Assembly: GCA_963771075.1 (NCBI GenBank)
Contig: CAVYSE010000009.1
Location: 1-64,000 of the forward strand
DNA: 64,000 nucleotides
Direction of reading: 5' to 3'
Source: a candidate division FCPU426 bacterium
GTDB lineage: Bacteria; Oederibacteriota; Muellerivitia; Muellerivitales; Muellerivitaceae
A program made the position numbers and the translations under genes. Shown here one piece after another: positions 8,795-17,547 of the stretch; positions within the stretch are counted from its first letter, which is position 1, and every line of letters begins with the position of its first letter. The notes under the pieces are model-generated. The model did no database searches. It was not told the origin of the DNA and was given only the letters and a program-made list of their open reading frames with translations.

Positions 8795-9109
8795 TCATAT
8801 TTTGATGTCAATGTGGGGGGTGGGGGAAAAAGGTGGCATGTCCTCTGGATCAGAAATTTTCTGCTTCTCCCCATCGGATTCATTTCTTGAGTCCTTTTCT
8901 GGATCGGCCCACTTGGAATGGGAACCCGAACCGCCTTGGGGATTGTTTTTGGCTTTGGATACTTGGTCCTCAAATTTTCGGATTTTTTCAGTGGCCTCGG
9001 AATCAACTTTGATTTGTTTGTGTTTTTGGTCAGCGTTCAAGGCCGCCAGAAGTTCGGCCTCCGTGGGGCCCAGGGATTTAAGATAATTCGCAATGTTATG
9101 AACGTGCAT
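8795..9109 (-). CDS. Hypothetical charged protein
   Basis: 104-aa ORF with plausible composition, ending HIDIKI; CGTCTA motif 6 nt upstream of the ATG. Confidence 0.55.
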   Translation of the reverse strand: MHVHNIANYLKSLGPTEAELLAALNADQKHKQIKVDSEATEKIRKFEDQVSKAKNNPQGGSGSHSKWADPEKDSRNESDGEKQKISDPEDMPPFSPTPHIDIKI

Positions 9110-9466
9110 GTCGTTTAGACGCTTCCCATGGATTAAACCAGCATTGGAATTTTATATCTTTTTGCCCTGCCCTTGTTTTTATAACCGGTCTTATTTCGCG
9201 GCTTTTTTTAAATAACCTGCTTTTCCGTTTCTCGAGGGACTGAATGCCCTAAAAGTCCGCTTGGATAGACTTTACTTTTGGCTTAAGGCGGGGGAGGGAA
9301 AGTTGTCCATTCCAAGGAGGTGGATTGGACAGACTAAAAGGGACTCGAACCTAATCTAATTAGGAACTTTTCGTGAAAACCGCAGGATTTTCACTTATGT
9401 CTTCCGCCCTTTAATTCAAGTTTCTCCAATCCTATTATTAATTAAATTTCACCCCGGGGAAAAGGA

Positions 9467-11143
9467 GTGCCTCGGCATTTCGCCGCCATCGTGGCAAGAG
9501 GCATTCCTGTGCAAAAAACAAATCCCCATGTTCTTTTCATTTATCCCCATTTCACCGCCCGGTCCTTCTGGAACTTCAAGGAAACCTGCGAACTGGTGGG
9601 CCGCAAGTATCCCACCTCGCCCTTAGGGCTTATCACGGTCGCGGCCATGCTGCCCCCGGCCTGGCCGGTGAAGCTGGTCGATTTGAATGTCCAAAAGCTG
9701 ACCAAGGCCCACGAACAATGGGCCGACCTGGTCTTTATCGGTGGGATGATTTTCCAGCAGCCCGACCACCTGAGGCTTATCCGCTATTTTAATTCCCTGG
9801 GAAAGAAGGTTGTGGTCGGGGGACCAGACCCCACTTCCAGCCCCCATCTTTATGACGAGGCCGACTGCCTGGTTTTGGGCGAGGCGGAAGTGACTTTCAA
9901 CCAGTTCCTGAATGACTTCCAGGCGGGCAAGACCCGTCACCTTTATTCGCCGGGCGATCAAAAGGCCGACATGCGAAAAAGCCCTCTCCCGCGTTTTGAG
10001 CTTTTGAATTTTAAAAACTACCTCCACGTCGGCATCCAGTGGAACCGGGGATGCCCGTTCCTGTGCGAATTTTGCGACATCATCGAGCTTTTCGGGCGGG
10101 TGCCCCGTGGCAAGGGAGTCGGCCAAGTGCTGTTGGAATTGCGAAAGCTTTACAGTCTAGGTTACCGGGGCCACGTGGAAATCGTGGACGACAACTTCAT
10201 CGGCAACAAGAAAGCGGTCAAGGAACTTTTGCCCCACCTGGCGGCCTGGCAGAAGGAAAAAAACTACCCCTTCGACTTCTCCACGGAGGCTTCGCTCAAC
10301 CTTTCGGATGACAAGCCCCTGATGAGTATGATGCGCCAGGCGGGGTTCTCCTGGATTTTCACGGGGATCGAAACCCCCGACGAAGAAACCCTGAAGTCCA
10401 CCCATAAACTCCAGAACACCCACCGATCCATCGCCGAAAGCGTGCGCCAGATCAACCAATACGGCATGGTAGTGCACGCGGGTTATATCGTAGGTTTCGA
10501 CCAGGATATCCCCGGGTCGGCCCAGGCCCTGTTGAAAAGTATCGAGGACACTTCCATCCCCGTGAGCATGGTGGGCCTTTTGTACGCCCTGCCCAATACC
10601 CAATTAACTCGGAGGCTTAAAAAGGAAGGGCGGCTGGGGGCATCGTTCGACGTGCCAGTCGACCAGGCGGCCTGCCAATGCACCACGGGACTGAACTTCA
10701 CCACCCTGAGGCCAAGGATGGATATATTGAAAGAATTCCACCGAGTCATCTCGGAATCCTTCTCAGCCGAGAAGTATTTTGGCCGGGTTAGACGTCTGGC
10801 CTTGCAGTTGAACTGCAAAGGAAAAAAACTGAATCTGCCGCTGTCCAACCGCCTGAGAGAAGCCCGGGCCTTTTTCATCCTGCCCTTCAAGATGGGATAT
10901 CAAAAAGGATTAAGGCGCCTTTATTTCAGCGTGATTTTCACCTGTCTTTTTCGGAATCCGCGGGCGTTGAACAAAGCCATCTCTCTCATGGCTCTTTACC
11001 TGCATTTCGGCAAGTTCCGGGGCGAGGTCCTCGCGCGGCTGGATAACGAGATCGGCCTGTTGAAACGCGAGGCCGAAACCGCCCAGCGCCTCGCCGCCCA
11101 GGCGATCCGGGAAAGAATGCCCCGGCCTAACCCAGTTTTGTAA
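9467..11143 (+). CDS. Cobalamin-binding radical SAM protein (DUF4070-type C-terminus)
   Basis: PLGLITVAAMLP and VVVGGP B12 domain; RGCPFLCEFC CxxxCxxC motif; DDNFIGN; GIET. The real start may be GTG at 9509. Confidence 0.9.
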   Translation: MPRHFAAIVARGIPVQKTNPHVLFIYPHFTARSFWNFKETCELVGRKYPTSPLGLITVAAMLPPAWPVKLVDLNVQKLTKAHEQWADLVFIGGMIFQQPDHLRLIRYFNSLGKKVVVGGPDPTSSPHLYDEADCLVLGEAEVTFNQFLNDFQAGKTRHLYSPGDQKADMRKSPLPRFELLNFKNYLHVGIQWNRGCPFLCEFCDIIELFGRVPRGKGVGQVLLELRKLYSLGYRGHVEIVDDNFIGNKKAVKELLPHLAAWQKEKNYPFDFSTEASLNLSDDKPLMSMMRQAGFSWIFTGIETPDEETLKSTHKLQNTHRSIAESVRQINQYGMVVHAGYIVGFDQDIPGSAQALLKSIEDTSIPVSMVGLLYALPNTQLTRRLKKEGRLGASFDVPVDQAACQCTTGLNFTTLRPRMDILKEFHRVISESFSAEKYFGRVRRLALQLNCKGKKLNLPLSNRLREARAFFILPFKMGYQKGLRRLYFSVIFTCLFRNPRALNKAISLMALYLHFGKFRGEVLARLDNEIGLLKREAETAQRLAAQAIRERMPRPNPVL

Positions 11144-11186
11144 CAACGGGTCTTAATCTCCGCGAAGCTGCGGTGAACGGGAAAGT

Positions 11187-11216
11187 TTGTCCACTCCACG
11201 GACCCAAAAGGAACAA
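11187..11216 (+). repeat. 30-bp site R4 (degenerate; first site of the array)
   Basis: TTGTCCACTCCACGGACCCAAAAGGAACAA aligns to the consensus without gaps. Confidence 0.65.
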
Positions 11217-11256
11217 TATTAGGAAGCAAAACTATTATTCGAGTTCGACCTAGGGA

Positions 11257-11643
11257 GTGTTTGTGATAAAGAATGTTTCTGAAATTTTTGTTTCCGACTT
11301 AAGTAAAAAAGTAATACTGTTTTTTATATGTTCATGGGGCGAGACTTTATCGATCTTTTTAATACTGGGAAATTTTCATCCGAAGATATTGGGAGCTGTT
11401 GTTATATTACTAGCGTTATTAATTCAATATATTTTTCTTACAGTTTCGAAAATTAATGATAACGGCAATTTTTATATAAAACTTGGCATTTCTTTATTCA
11501 TCCCTGTTAAATATTTCTTGATGGGATTATTTGCATTGTTACTACCAGAGGGGATGTTTTTATTTGGCGCATATTTTTTCTCAATGATTGCGGGATTTGT
11601 TTTCCTAAATATAGGCGCAAGAAAGAGTTTGAAGAAAAAATAA
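11257..11643 (+). CDS. AT-rich small multi-pass membrane protein (cassette 1)
   Basis: About four hydrophobic segments; the TAA stop directly abuts site R5. Confidence 0.7.
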   Translation: MFVIKNVSEIFVSDLSKKVILFFICSWGETLSIFLILGNFHPKILGAVVILLALLIQYIFLTVSKINDNGNFYIKLGISLFIPVKYFLMGLFALLLPEGMFLFGAYFFSMIAGFVFLNIGARKSLKKK

Positions 11644-11673
11644 TTGTCCACGATAGGGACCCATCGTGGACGA
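11644..11673 (+). repeat. 30-bp site R5
   Basis: TTGTCCACGATAGGGACCCATCGTGGACGA. Confidence 0.92.
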
Positions 11674-11692
11674 TGTTTTCAAGGGGATATTG

Positions 11693-12169
11693 ATGAAAAA
11701 ATTGATTCTTTTATTTGTTTTAATTTTGGGCTTTTCCGTCGCAGCGAATGCGACGAGTATCAAGCCAACCGACCTTTCGGTTCTTGTGACCCAGGCGGAC
11801 TATATCGTCGTGGGTAAAGTGGTGAAGATGGATATGATCGACGCAAATGGCCAGGAAATCTTCGACAAGAAGGCCAGAACAGGGCCGCGCTCGGGAAAAA
11901 TGATTCGCTATTTCGTTGCCGTGGATCGAAAGAAGACTCTTAAAGGTGACATCAAAAAGATTCCTCAGAGTCTTGTCCTTCCAGATTGGCCCATGTGGAT
12001 CAGGGGTATTGACGGTATGAAAGAGATGTATGAAGGTAAAAACTGTATTTTTCTCTTGGGAGCCCCTAATTTATTTCCTAAACCACAATCTCAATTTGTA
12101 AGGGATATTTCTGAAAAAAGTGAAATCGTAAGAATCCTTAGGTCGGAACACCGAAATACAAATCATTGA
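11693..12169 (+). CDS. Secreted hypothetical protein (cassette 2)
   Basis: MKKLILLFVLILGFSVAANA signal peptide after an AAGGGG RBS; LVTQADYIVVGKV resembles TIMP/OB-like hypothetical proteins. Confidence 0.75.
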   Translation: MKKLILLFVLILGFSVAANATSIKPTDLSVLVTQADYIVVGKVVKMDMIDANGQEIFDKKARTGPRSGKMIRYFVAVDRKKTLKGDIKKIPQSLVLPDWPMWIRGIDGMKEMYEGKNCIFLLGAPNLFPKPQSQFVRDISEKSEIVRILRSEHRNTNH

Positions 12170-12172
12170 GGT

Positions 12173-14149
12173 GCAGAGTAGAGCGCTGGCGCGTATGCCT
12201 TAGAGTACGGTGGCGAATCCAACCCTTTCGGATTGGGCCTCAGTCCGGCTCTCATCACCACGTTTCCAGCGCCCCCTCATCAAACCGTACGTGACCTTTT
12301 CGATCATACGGCTTTCCGACAACCTTTCAACCGGCAGCATTCAAGGCAAAAGCTGGAATCCAGTTCAAACCAAGGCGTTTCACTTCCTCGATCGACCATG
12401 TTCGTCCTTCCCAGGCGTACTTATGCCTCCGAAACAAAGTCAGCCTTTCGAGTACGTAAAATTGAAGCTTGGAAAAGTATGGCTGGCTGTCCCCAATTCG
12501 GAAATAGTTGGCCCACCCCCTTAACACCGGGTTCAAAGCCTTCGCTACATCCTCCATTGGAGATAAGAGCCGCTCTCGGCCCGCCGTCATCTGCTTCACT
12601 TTCTCGGCGATTTTCTTCATGGCCTTCCGGCTCGGCCAGCTCAGGCAACAGGTCTTACCCAATCCTACCACCGGCATACCTACTCGAAAGTGGAACCCAA
12701 GGAAGTCAAACCCTTCCTTCCCAGGCCCCATTTCCACCAGCCGTGTCTTTTCGGGGTGCAGTTCAAGCCCTAGTCGTCCCATCAATTCCTTGATGACTTC
12801 CAGGCTCTTTTCCGCATGGGCTTGGCTTCCGCACAACACCACAAAATCGTCGGCGTAGCGCACCAGCCTACCCAGTTTCCTGTGCCTCTTATTCCAAACC
12901 TTGTCCAGCAAGTGAAGGTAAACATTGGATAACAGCGGTGAGATCACCCCGCCTTGCGGTGTCCCTCGGAGAGTCGGCGTAAGCCTTCCTTCCTCAAACA
13001 CACCCGCCTTCAGCCACCCTCGGATCAGTTTCAAAACCTTCCGGTCACTGATCCTCTGGCGCACCAGCACCATCAGTTTGTCGTGGTCGATGGAATCGAA
13101 ATACTTCCGAATATCTCCATCCACCACCCATCTGTACCCGCCATTGATCCACTTCTTGATCTCCCGGTGGGCCTGCTGGGCTCCGCGTTTTGGCCGAAAT
13201 CCAAACGAGCCTTCCAGAAAGTCCGCCTCAAAGATGGGTTCCACCACCTTCCGGCAAGCCGCTTGAACTACCCGATCCCGAATTACCGGGATTCCCAACG
13301 GTCTCTTGCTTCCATCAGGCTTGGGTATTTCCACTCGTCTCACAGGTTTAGGCAGATACTTCCCAGCTTTGAGTTCTTCCTGGATGCCCTTCAGGAATGG
13401 AATAATTCCCACCTTCTCTTCGATCCATTCCAGCGTTTCCCCGTCCACTCCTCCTTGGCCTTTATTAGCCTTCACCTGTTTCCATGCCGCTGTCAGGACA
13501 TCCCATCGGGTCATCCTGTCATGCAGTACATGAAATCTCCGGCTTGGGCTCCTCTTGGCCGCTCGGTATAGCGCCCTTTGAAGGGTTCGCGCCTTGTCTT
13601 CGGAGTTGTTGGCCCTTTGGGGCATGCTCCAGCGCCTCCCTTTTGAAGGTTGCTTGGTTGAAGCAGGGGTCCTTCCCTCCAGGTGGTTTTGTTGTCCACC
13701 CTTCACAGGTATTGTGACCCCCTCCGACTTCCTCCCGCCCTTGCCCCTTTTCGGTTTTAGCCTTATAGCGGCAAGTCTTTTGGCGGGTAGGATCTCCCAG
13801 GTTGCTTGCAAAGCCTTTCCAGCATTCCGTTCCCCATACGCCGGAGGACTTGCCCCGCTTGCTCCAGATTCTTCAGCGGGATCGTGGCCTTCGCCGGTAG
13901 ACACGCGGCTCGGCATCCTCTTGCACCTTTCGGTGTCCCATTCACGACGCGGCAGGATTCACTTGATGTTGCGGACTGCTAGATTGTTCCCTCACTGAAT
14001 GAGGTTTATGACCCCGTTTCGGGCAGAACCTCTCGGTCCTACGCCGGGGGCTGACTTCCAGGCTCTCTGGCGATTACCTGGTCAGGATTTGGGCTGGCCC
14101 TCTTCGGCCTACTCCCTCACCTGCTGGCTCTACAAACCTTCGCTGGCAC
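12173..14149 (-). mobile_element. Group II intron (IIB-like, probably bacterial class E/F)
   Basis: 5' end GTGCCAGCG at 14149. Domain V GAAAGCCGTATGATCGAAAAGGTCACGTACGGTTTG with AGC triad, just after the ORF. Domain VI closes ...CCAGCGCTCTACTCTGC(AC). The 3' end is at 12173 or 12171. Confidence 0.85.
12327..13625 (-). CDS. ltrA: Group II intron reverse transcriptase/maturase, no endonuclease domain
   Basis: IPKPDGSKRPLGIP, GTPQGGVISPLLSN, RYADD, GFDFLGF, LRGWANYF (domain X). Start taken at MPQRANN. Confidence 0.93.
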   Translation of the reverse strand: MPQRANNSEDKARTLQRALYRAAKRSPSRRFHVLHDRMTRWDVLTAAWKQVKANKGQGGVDGETLEWIEEKVGIIPFLKGIQEELKAGKYLPKPVRRVEIPKPDGSKRPLGIPVIRDRVVQAACRKVVEPIFEADFLEGSFGFRPKRGAQQAHREIKKWINGGYRWVVDGDIRKYFDSIDHDKLMVLVRQRISDRKVLKLIRGWLKAGVFEEGRLTPTLRGTPQGGVISPLLSNVYLHLLDKVWNKRHRKLGRLVRYADDFVVLCGSQAHAEKSLEVIKELMGRLGLELHPEKTRLVEMGPGKEGFDFLGFHFRVGMPVVGLGKTCCLSWPSRKAMKKIAEKVKQMTAGRERLLSPMEDVAKALNPVLRGWANYFRIGDSQPYFSKLQFYVLERLTLFRRHKYAWEGRTWSIEEVKRLGLNWIPAFALNAAG

Positions 14150-14150
14150 G

Positions 14151-14180
14151 ATGTCTACGATGGGGACCCATAGTGAACGT
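14151..14180 (+). repeat. 30-bp site R6 (adjacent to the intron 5' end)
   Basis: ATGTCTACGATGGGGACCCATAGTGAACGT. Confidence 0.88.
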
Positions 14181-14217
14181 CGAATCGTAAAAAAACGTTC
14201 AAAGTTAGGATGTATTA

Positions 14218-14544
14218 ATGACGAATAATGACTACTTGGAACATTTCAAGAATATGGATCGTCTCGTATTAAAATTTCTAATTACATTCATTCTGTGGCC
14301 CGTCATAACATTTTTTATAATGGAATTAGCCACAAGGTTGGGTTTTGGTAAGTTTGGTTCCTTTTTTATTGCGATGCCTTTTTTTATTTATTTCGCCGTT
14401 CAATGTGTTATTGCGAAAGAAAAATATTTACGGATCTTATGCCCGAGATGCGGACAAAGTTTTTTTCCTTTTTTCAAATTAAATCCTTTTAGACGTGTGT
14501 GTAGTTATTGTGGTCTGAAGAATGAAAAGAAGATTGAAGAGTAA
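14218..14544 (+). CDS. AT-rich two-TM protein with C-terminal CxxC...CxxC zinc ribbon (cassette 3)
   Basis: Two hydrophobic helices, then CPRC...CSYC; stop 13 bp before site R7. Confidence 0.75.
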   Translation: MTNNDYLEHFKNMDRLVLKFLITFILWPVITFFIMELATRLGFGKFGSFFIAMPFFIYFAVQCVIAKEKYLRILCPRCGQSFFPFFKLNPFRRVCSYCGLKNEKKIEE

Positions 14545-14557
14545 GTGCGTATAAAAG

Positions 14558-14587
14558 CTGTTCACGATGGGGACCCGTCGTGAACAG
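14558..14587 (+). repeat. 30-bp site R7 (perfect arms with compensatory changes)
   Basis: CTGTTCACGATGGGGACCCGTCGTGAACAG. Confidence 0.9.
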
Positions 14588-14599
14588 TGGTTACAGGTT

Positions 14600-15550
14600 C
14601 TAAACCAAATATTTCCTGAACCAATCCCTCTCCGCCTTGAAGGCGTCCTCAAAAAACGCGCCCTCGTAAACGTCGTAATGCCCAGCGCCCTTGACGATAT
14701 GCAGGCTCTTGGGTTCCAGCGCGTTCCCAAACAGCGAGTGGGATTCCTGGACCGGGTTGACCTCATCCTTTTCCGCGCCCACAATCAAAATGGGAATAGC
14801 GACCTCCTTCAACCTTTGTTCCGGGTGGTATTCCAGCGTGTGCCTGAGGAACGAAATGGAAATCTTGGATTCCAGCTGGGGAAATTCCTTCACGGACCTG
14901 GCGAAAAACGCCTTGGATTGGGGGTCGGTTAAGAGGTTGTCGATGGGAAGCATCATGGGTTTGCCCTTCTGCGTTTCCCTTTGCCAGGCCTTGGTGAGCA
15001 TAGAGGATAACTTTTCCTTCTGTTGCGGGGTTTGCCCGCCGGTGATGACCCTTTCCCCATCGCCGAAGGAGATCTGGGCCACCAGGCACTTCACCCGCTT
15101 ATCCTGCGCGGCGGTTTCGATGACGTTCGCGCCCCCGTAGGATGTCCCCCAGAGGCCTATTTTTTCCGGATCCACTTCCGGCAGGGTTTCGGCGAAGGTG
15201 ACGGCGTTTCGGATATCGCGCACCTGTTCCCTCCAGACGAGCTGGCCCTTGTCACCCCCGCTGGCCCCGAACCCCCGATAGTCAAATACCAGGGCGGCAA
15301 AACCATTTTCAGCGAAGGCCCGCGCGAAGGCGGGCAAAAGCAGTTCCTTGAACCCCGCGAAACCGTGGCACAGGATCACGCAAGGCCATTGGGAGCCGGG
15401 CGTTGGGCCCACGGGCGAAGGGCCATCGGGCGAATGCCCGTCGGACGAAGGGCCATCGGACGGATGTCCATCGGGCGAATGCCCGTCGGGAAGGTAGAGA
15501 TGGCCCTGGATGAGGCTGGTTTCGGAATAAAACTGGATGTCCCGGCGCAT
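14600..15550 (-). CDS. Alpha/beta-fold hydrolase
   Basis: LCHGFAG, FDYRGFGASGG, nucleophile elbow GTSYGG, D...GAGH. A GGAG RBS precedes MRRDIQ. Confidence 0.88.
   Translation of the reverse strand: MRRDIQFYSETSLIQGHLYLPDGHSPDGHPSDGPSSDGHSPDGPSPVGPTPGSQWPCVILCHGFAGFKELLLPAFARAFAENGFAALVFDYRGFGASGGDKGQLVWREQVRDIRNAVTFAETLPEVDPEKIGLWGTSYGGANVIETAAQDKRVKCLVAQISFGDGERVITGGQTPQQKEKLSSMLTKAWQRETQKGKPMMLPIDNLLTDPQSKAFFARSVKEFPQLESKISISFLRHTLEYHPEQRLKEVAIPILIVGAEKDEVNPVQESHSLFGNALEPKSLHIVKGAGHYDVYEGAFFEDAFKAERDWFRKYLV
15413..15487. repeat. In-frame 5 x 15-bp tandem repeat
   Basis: Units gggcgaagggccatc / gggcgaatgcccgtc / ggacgaagggccatc / ggacggatgtccatc / gggcgaatgcccgtc. Confidence 0.9.
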
Positions 15551-15708
15551 AGGTTTCTCCCCAAAAGAATTGGAACCGCAAATTGCAAGACCCCCGCATG
15601 AAATCGGGGGAAAAACACCGGACAAATTTAACACGACTATTAACAGCCGCGAAACCTTCGAATCAAGAAGGCGACTAAGATCAACCCATCCCTGAGCGGG
15701 GAGGTGTT

Positions 15709-16701
15709 GTGATGAAGCTTCAAATCGCTAACCCTTCCGACACTTACAATCACATGGTAAAACCCAAGATCAACGACCTCATCCACCGCCTGATGGCGCC
15801 GGTGGCTCCCGTGGAGCCGACGGTGGCCTGCGGCGAGGTCTATCGGCTGTTCGCCGAGGACCGGTCGGTCCAATCCATCGCGGTGGTTTCGGGCGATGCC
15901 CCCATCGGGCTGGTCAACCGTTTCGCCCTGATCGACCGCTTTTCCCGCAGGTTCTTCCGGGAAATCTACGAACGCCGGCCCATCACGGCCCTGATGGAAA
16001 AATCCCCCCTGATCGTGGACTGCGGAATCGGGCTGGACGACCTGAGTTCCATCATCGCCGACGAGGAGGAAAAATACCTCTTCGAGGGCTTCATCATCAC
16101 CCAGGAGGGCAGGTACCTGGGCATCGGCACGGGCCACCGCCTCATCAAGGAAGTCACCGAGCGCAAACAGGCCCAGCTTTACCACCTGGCGCACCACGAC
16201 ACCCTGACCGGATTGCCCAACCGCCTGCTCTTTTTCGACCGCCTGAGCCAGGCCCTGACCCAGTCCGACCGGTCTTCCAAGTCCCTGGGGGTGCTTTTCG
16301 TCGACCTGGACCATTTTAAGAAGGTGAATGATACCTACGGCCACCCCGTCGGGGACCTCTTGCTCAAGGAGGTCGCCCAATGGCTTCAACTTTGCCTGAG
16401 GGAGGGGGATACGGTGGCCCGGCAGGGAGGGGATGAGTTCACGGTCATCCTGACCGACCTCTCCGACCCGCAGGACCTGGAAAGGGTCTGCCAAAAAATA
16501 CTCGGCGTTTTCGCCATGCCCTTCAAGATATCAGGCCACGACATTTCGATCACTTGCAGTATCGGCGCCAGCCTATTTCCCAGGGATGGGGATGAAATGG
16601 ACCCTCTCATCCAAAAAGCCGACACGGCGGTTTACCTGGCCAAACAAAACCGCAATTGTTACCGGATTTACGAAGGCCAGGGAATTGAAAGGGCTAACTA
16701 A
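15709..16701 (+). CDS. CBS-like plus GGDEF diguanylate cyclase
   Basis: HDTLTGLPNR, DLDHFKKVNDTYGH, ARQGGDEF, RxxD I-site (REGD). Confidence 0.9.
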   Translation: MMKLQIANPSDTYNHMVKPKINDLIHRLMAPVAPVEPTVACGEVYRLFAEDRSVQSIAVVSGDAPIGLVNRFALIDRFSRRFFREIYERRPITALMEKSPLIVDCGIGLDDLSSIIADEEEKYLFEGFIITQEGRYLGIGTGHRLIKEVTERKQAQLYHLAHHDTLTGLPNRLLFFDRLSQALTQSDRSSKSLGVLFVDLDHFKKVNDTYGHPVGDLLLKEVAQWLQLCLREGDTVARQGGDEFTVILTDLSDPQDLERVCQKILGVFAMPFKISGHDISITCSIGASLFPRDGDEMDPLIQKADTAVYLAKQNRNCYRIYEGQGIERAN

Positions 16702-16978
16702 TTGGTCGCTTTGCAAAGTTATCCCCCCCCCTTCCCCCATGCCCCATTGGAAAGAATGACATGGGGCATGGGGACGTCCCCATTTCATTTTTTAATACTT
16801 AATGGTGAACTGGGGGTGAAAAAGGGAGGAAGGGGGGTATTAGCTTTTGTTGTGTAACACCCAGAGGCTAACTCCCCCTTTATCCCCCTCTTTCAGAGGG
16901 GGGAAGATTAAAAATTAAACCACAGGTGCATTGCGCATAAGCATGCGCAATTCAAGACCTGATCCCTTCGTTCGAAAC

Positions 16979-17012
16979 AAAAAAGGCCCCAGCTGGATTT
17001 AGCGGGGGCCTT
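16979..17012 (-). terminator. Intrinsic terminator after tpx
   Basis: A-tract plus GGCCCCC...GGGGGCC stem. Confidence 0.65.
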
Positions 17013-17040
17013 CCCTATAAGTCTCTATTAATGCTTAAGC

Positions 17041-17547
17041 CTATGCCAAGGCGGCGCGGAGGGCCGCGTCGTAATTGGGCTCTTCGGTGACTTCTTTCAC
17101 GATTTCGACATGCTTCACCTTGCCGTCCTTGCCGATGACAAACAGGGAACGGGCTTCCAGGCGCAGTTCCTGGATGTGCGTCCCGTAGGCGTCGCCAAAG
17201 GACATGTTCCGGTGGTCCGAAAGGGTCTGGATCTTGATGTTTTCCGCGCCGCAGAAACGGGCCTGGGCGAAAGGCAGGTCGGCGGTGACCGTGACCACCA
17301 CCACATCCGCGGGCAGTTTGCCGGTTTCCTGGTTGAACCGGCGGGTCTGGATGGCGCAAACCGGCGTATCCAGCGAGGGGGCCACGGAAAGGATGAGGGT
17401 CTTCCCCTTGAACTGGTCCAGGGTGACGTCCTGGAGGCTGTTGTTTAAAAGCTTGAAGGCGGGCGCCGTATCCCCCACCTTGATCTCGGGTCCAATCAGG
17501 GTCAAGGGCCCGCCCTTAAAAGTAATCACGCCTTTTCGTTCTTGCAT
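17041..17547 (-). CDS. tpx: Thiol peroxidase (atypical 2-Cys peroxiredoxin)
   Basis: PSLDTPVC, DLPFAQARFC, EPNYDAAL. Confidence 0.93.
   Translation of the reverse strand: MQERKGVITFKGGPLTLIGPEIKVGDTAPAFKLLNNSLQDVTLDQFKGKTLILSVAPSLDTPVCAIQTRRFNQETGKLPADVVVVTVTADLPFAQARFCGAENIKIQTLSDHRNMSFGDAYGTHIQELRLEARSLFVIGKDGKVKHVEIVKEVTEEPNYDAALRAALA

Noticed and set aside
11644..11673. Repeats as canonical attC sites or intrinsic terminators
   Set aside because: They are too short for attC and lack the RYYYAAC/GTTRRRY ends; there is no consistent U-tract on either side.
3204..14587. 30-bp palindromic repeats as a CRISPR array
   Set aside because: The intervals are whole genes of several hundred bp rather than 25-45 bp spacers, and no cas genes are present.
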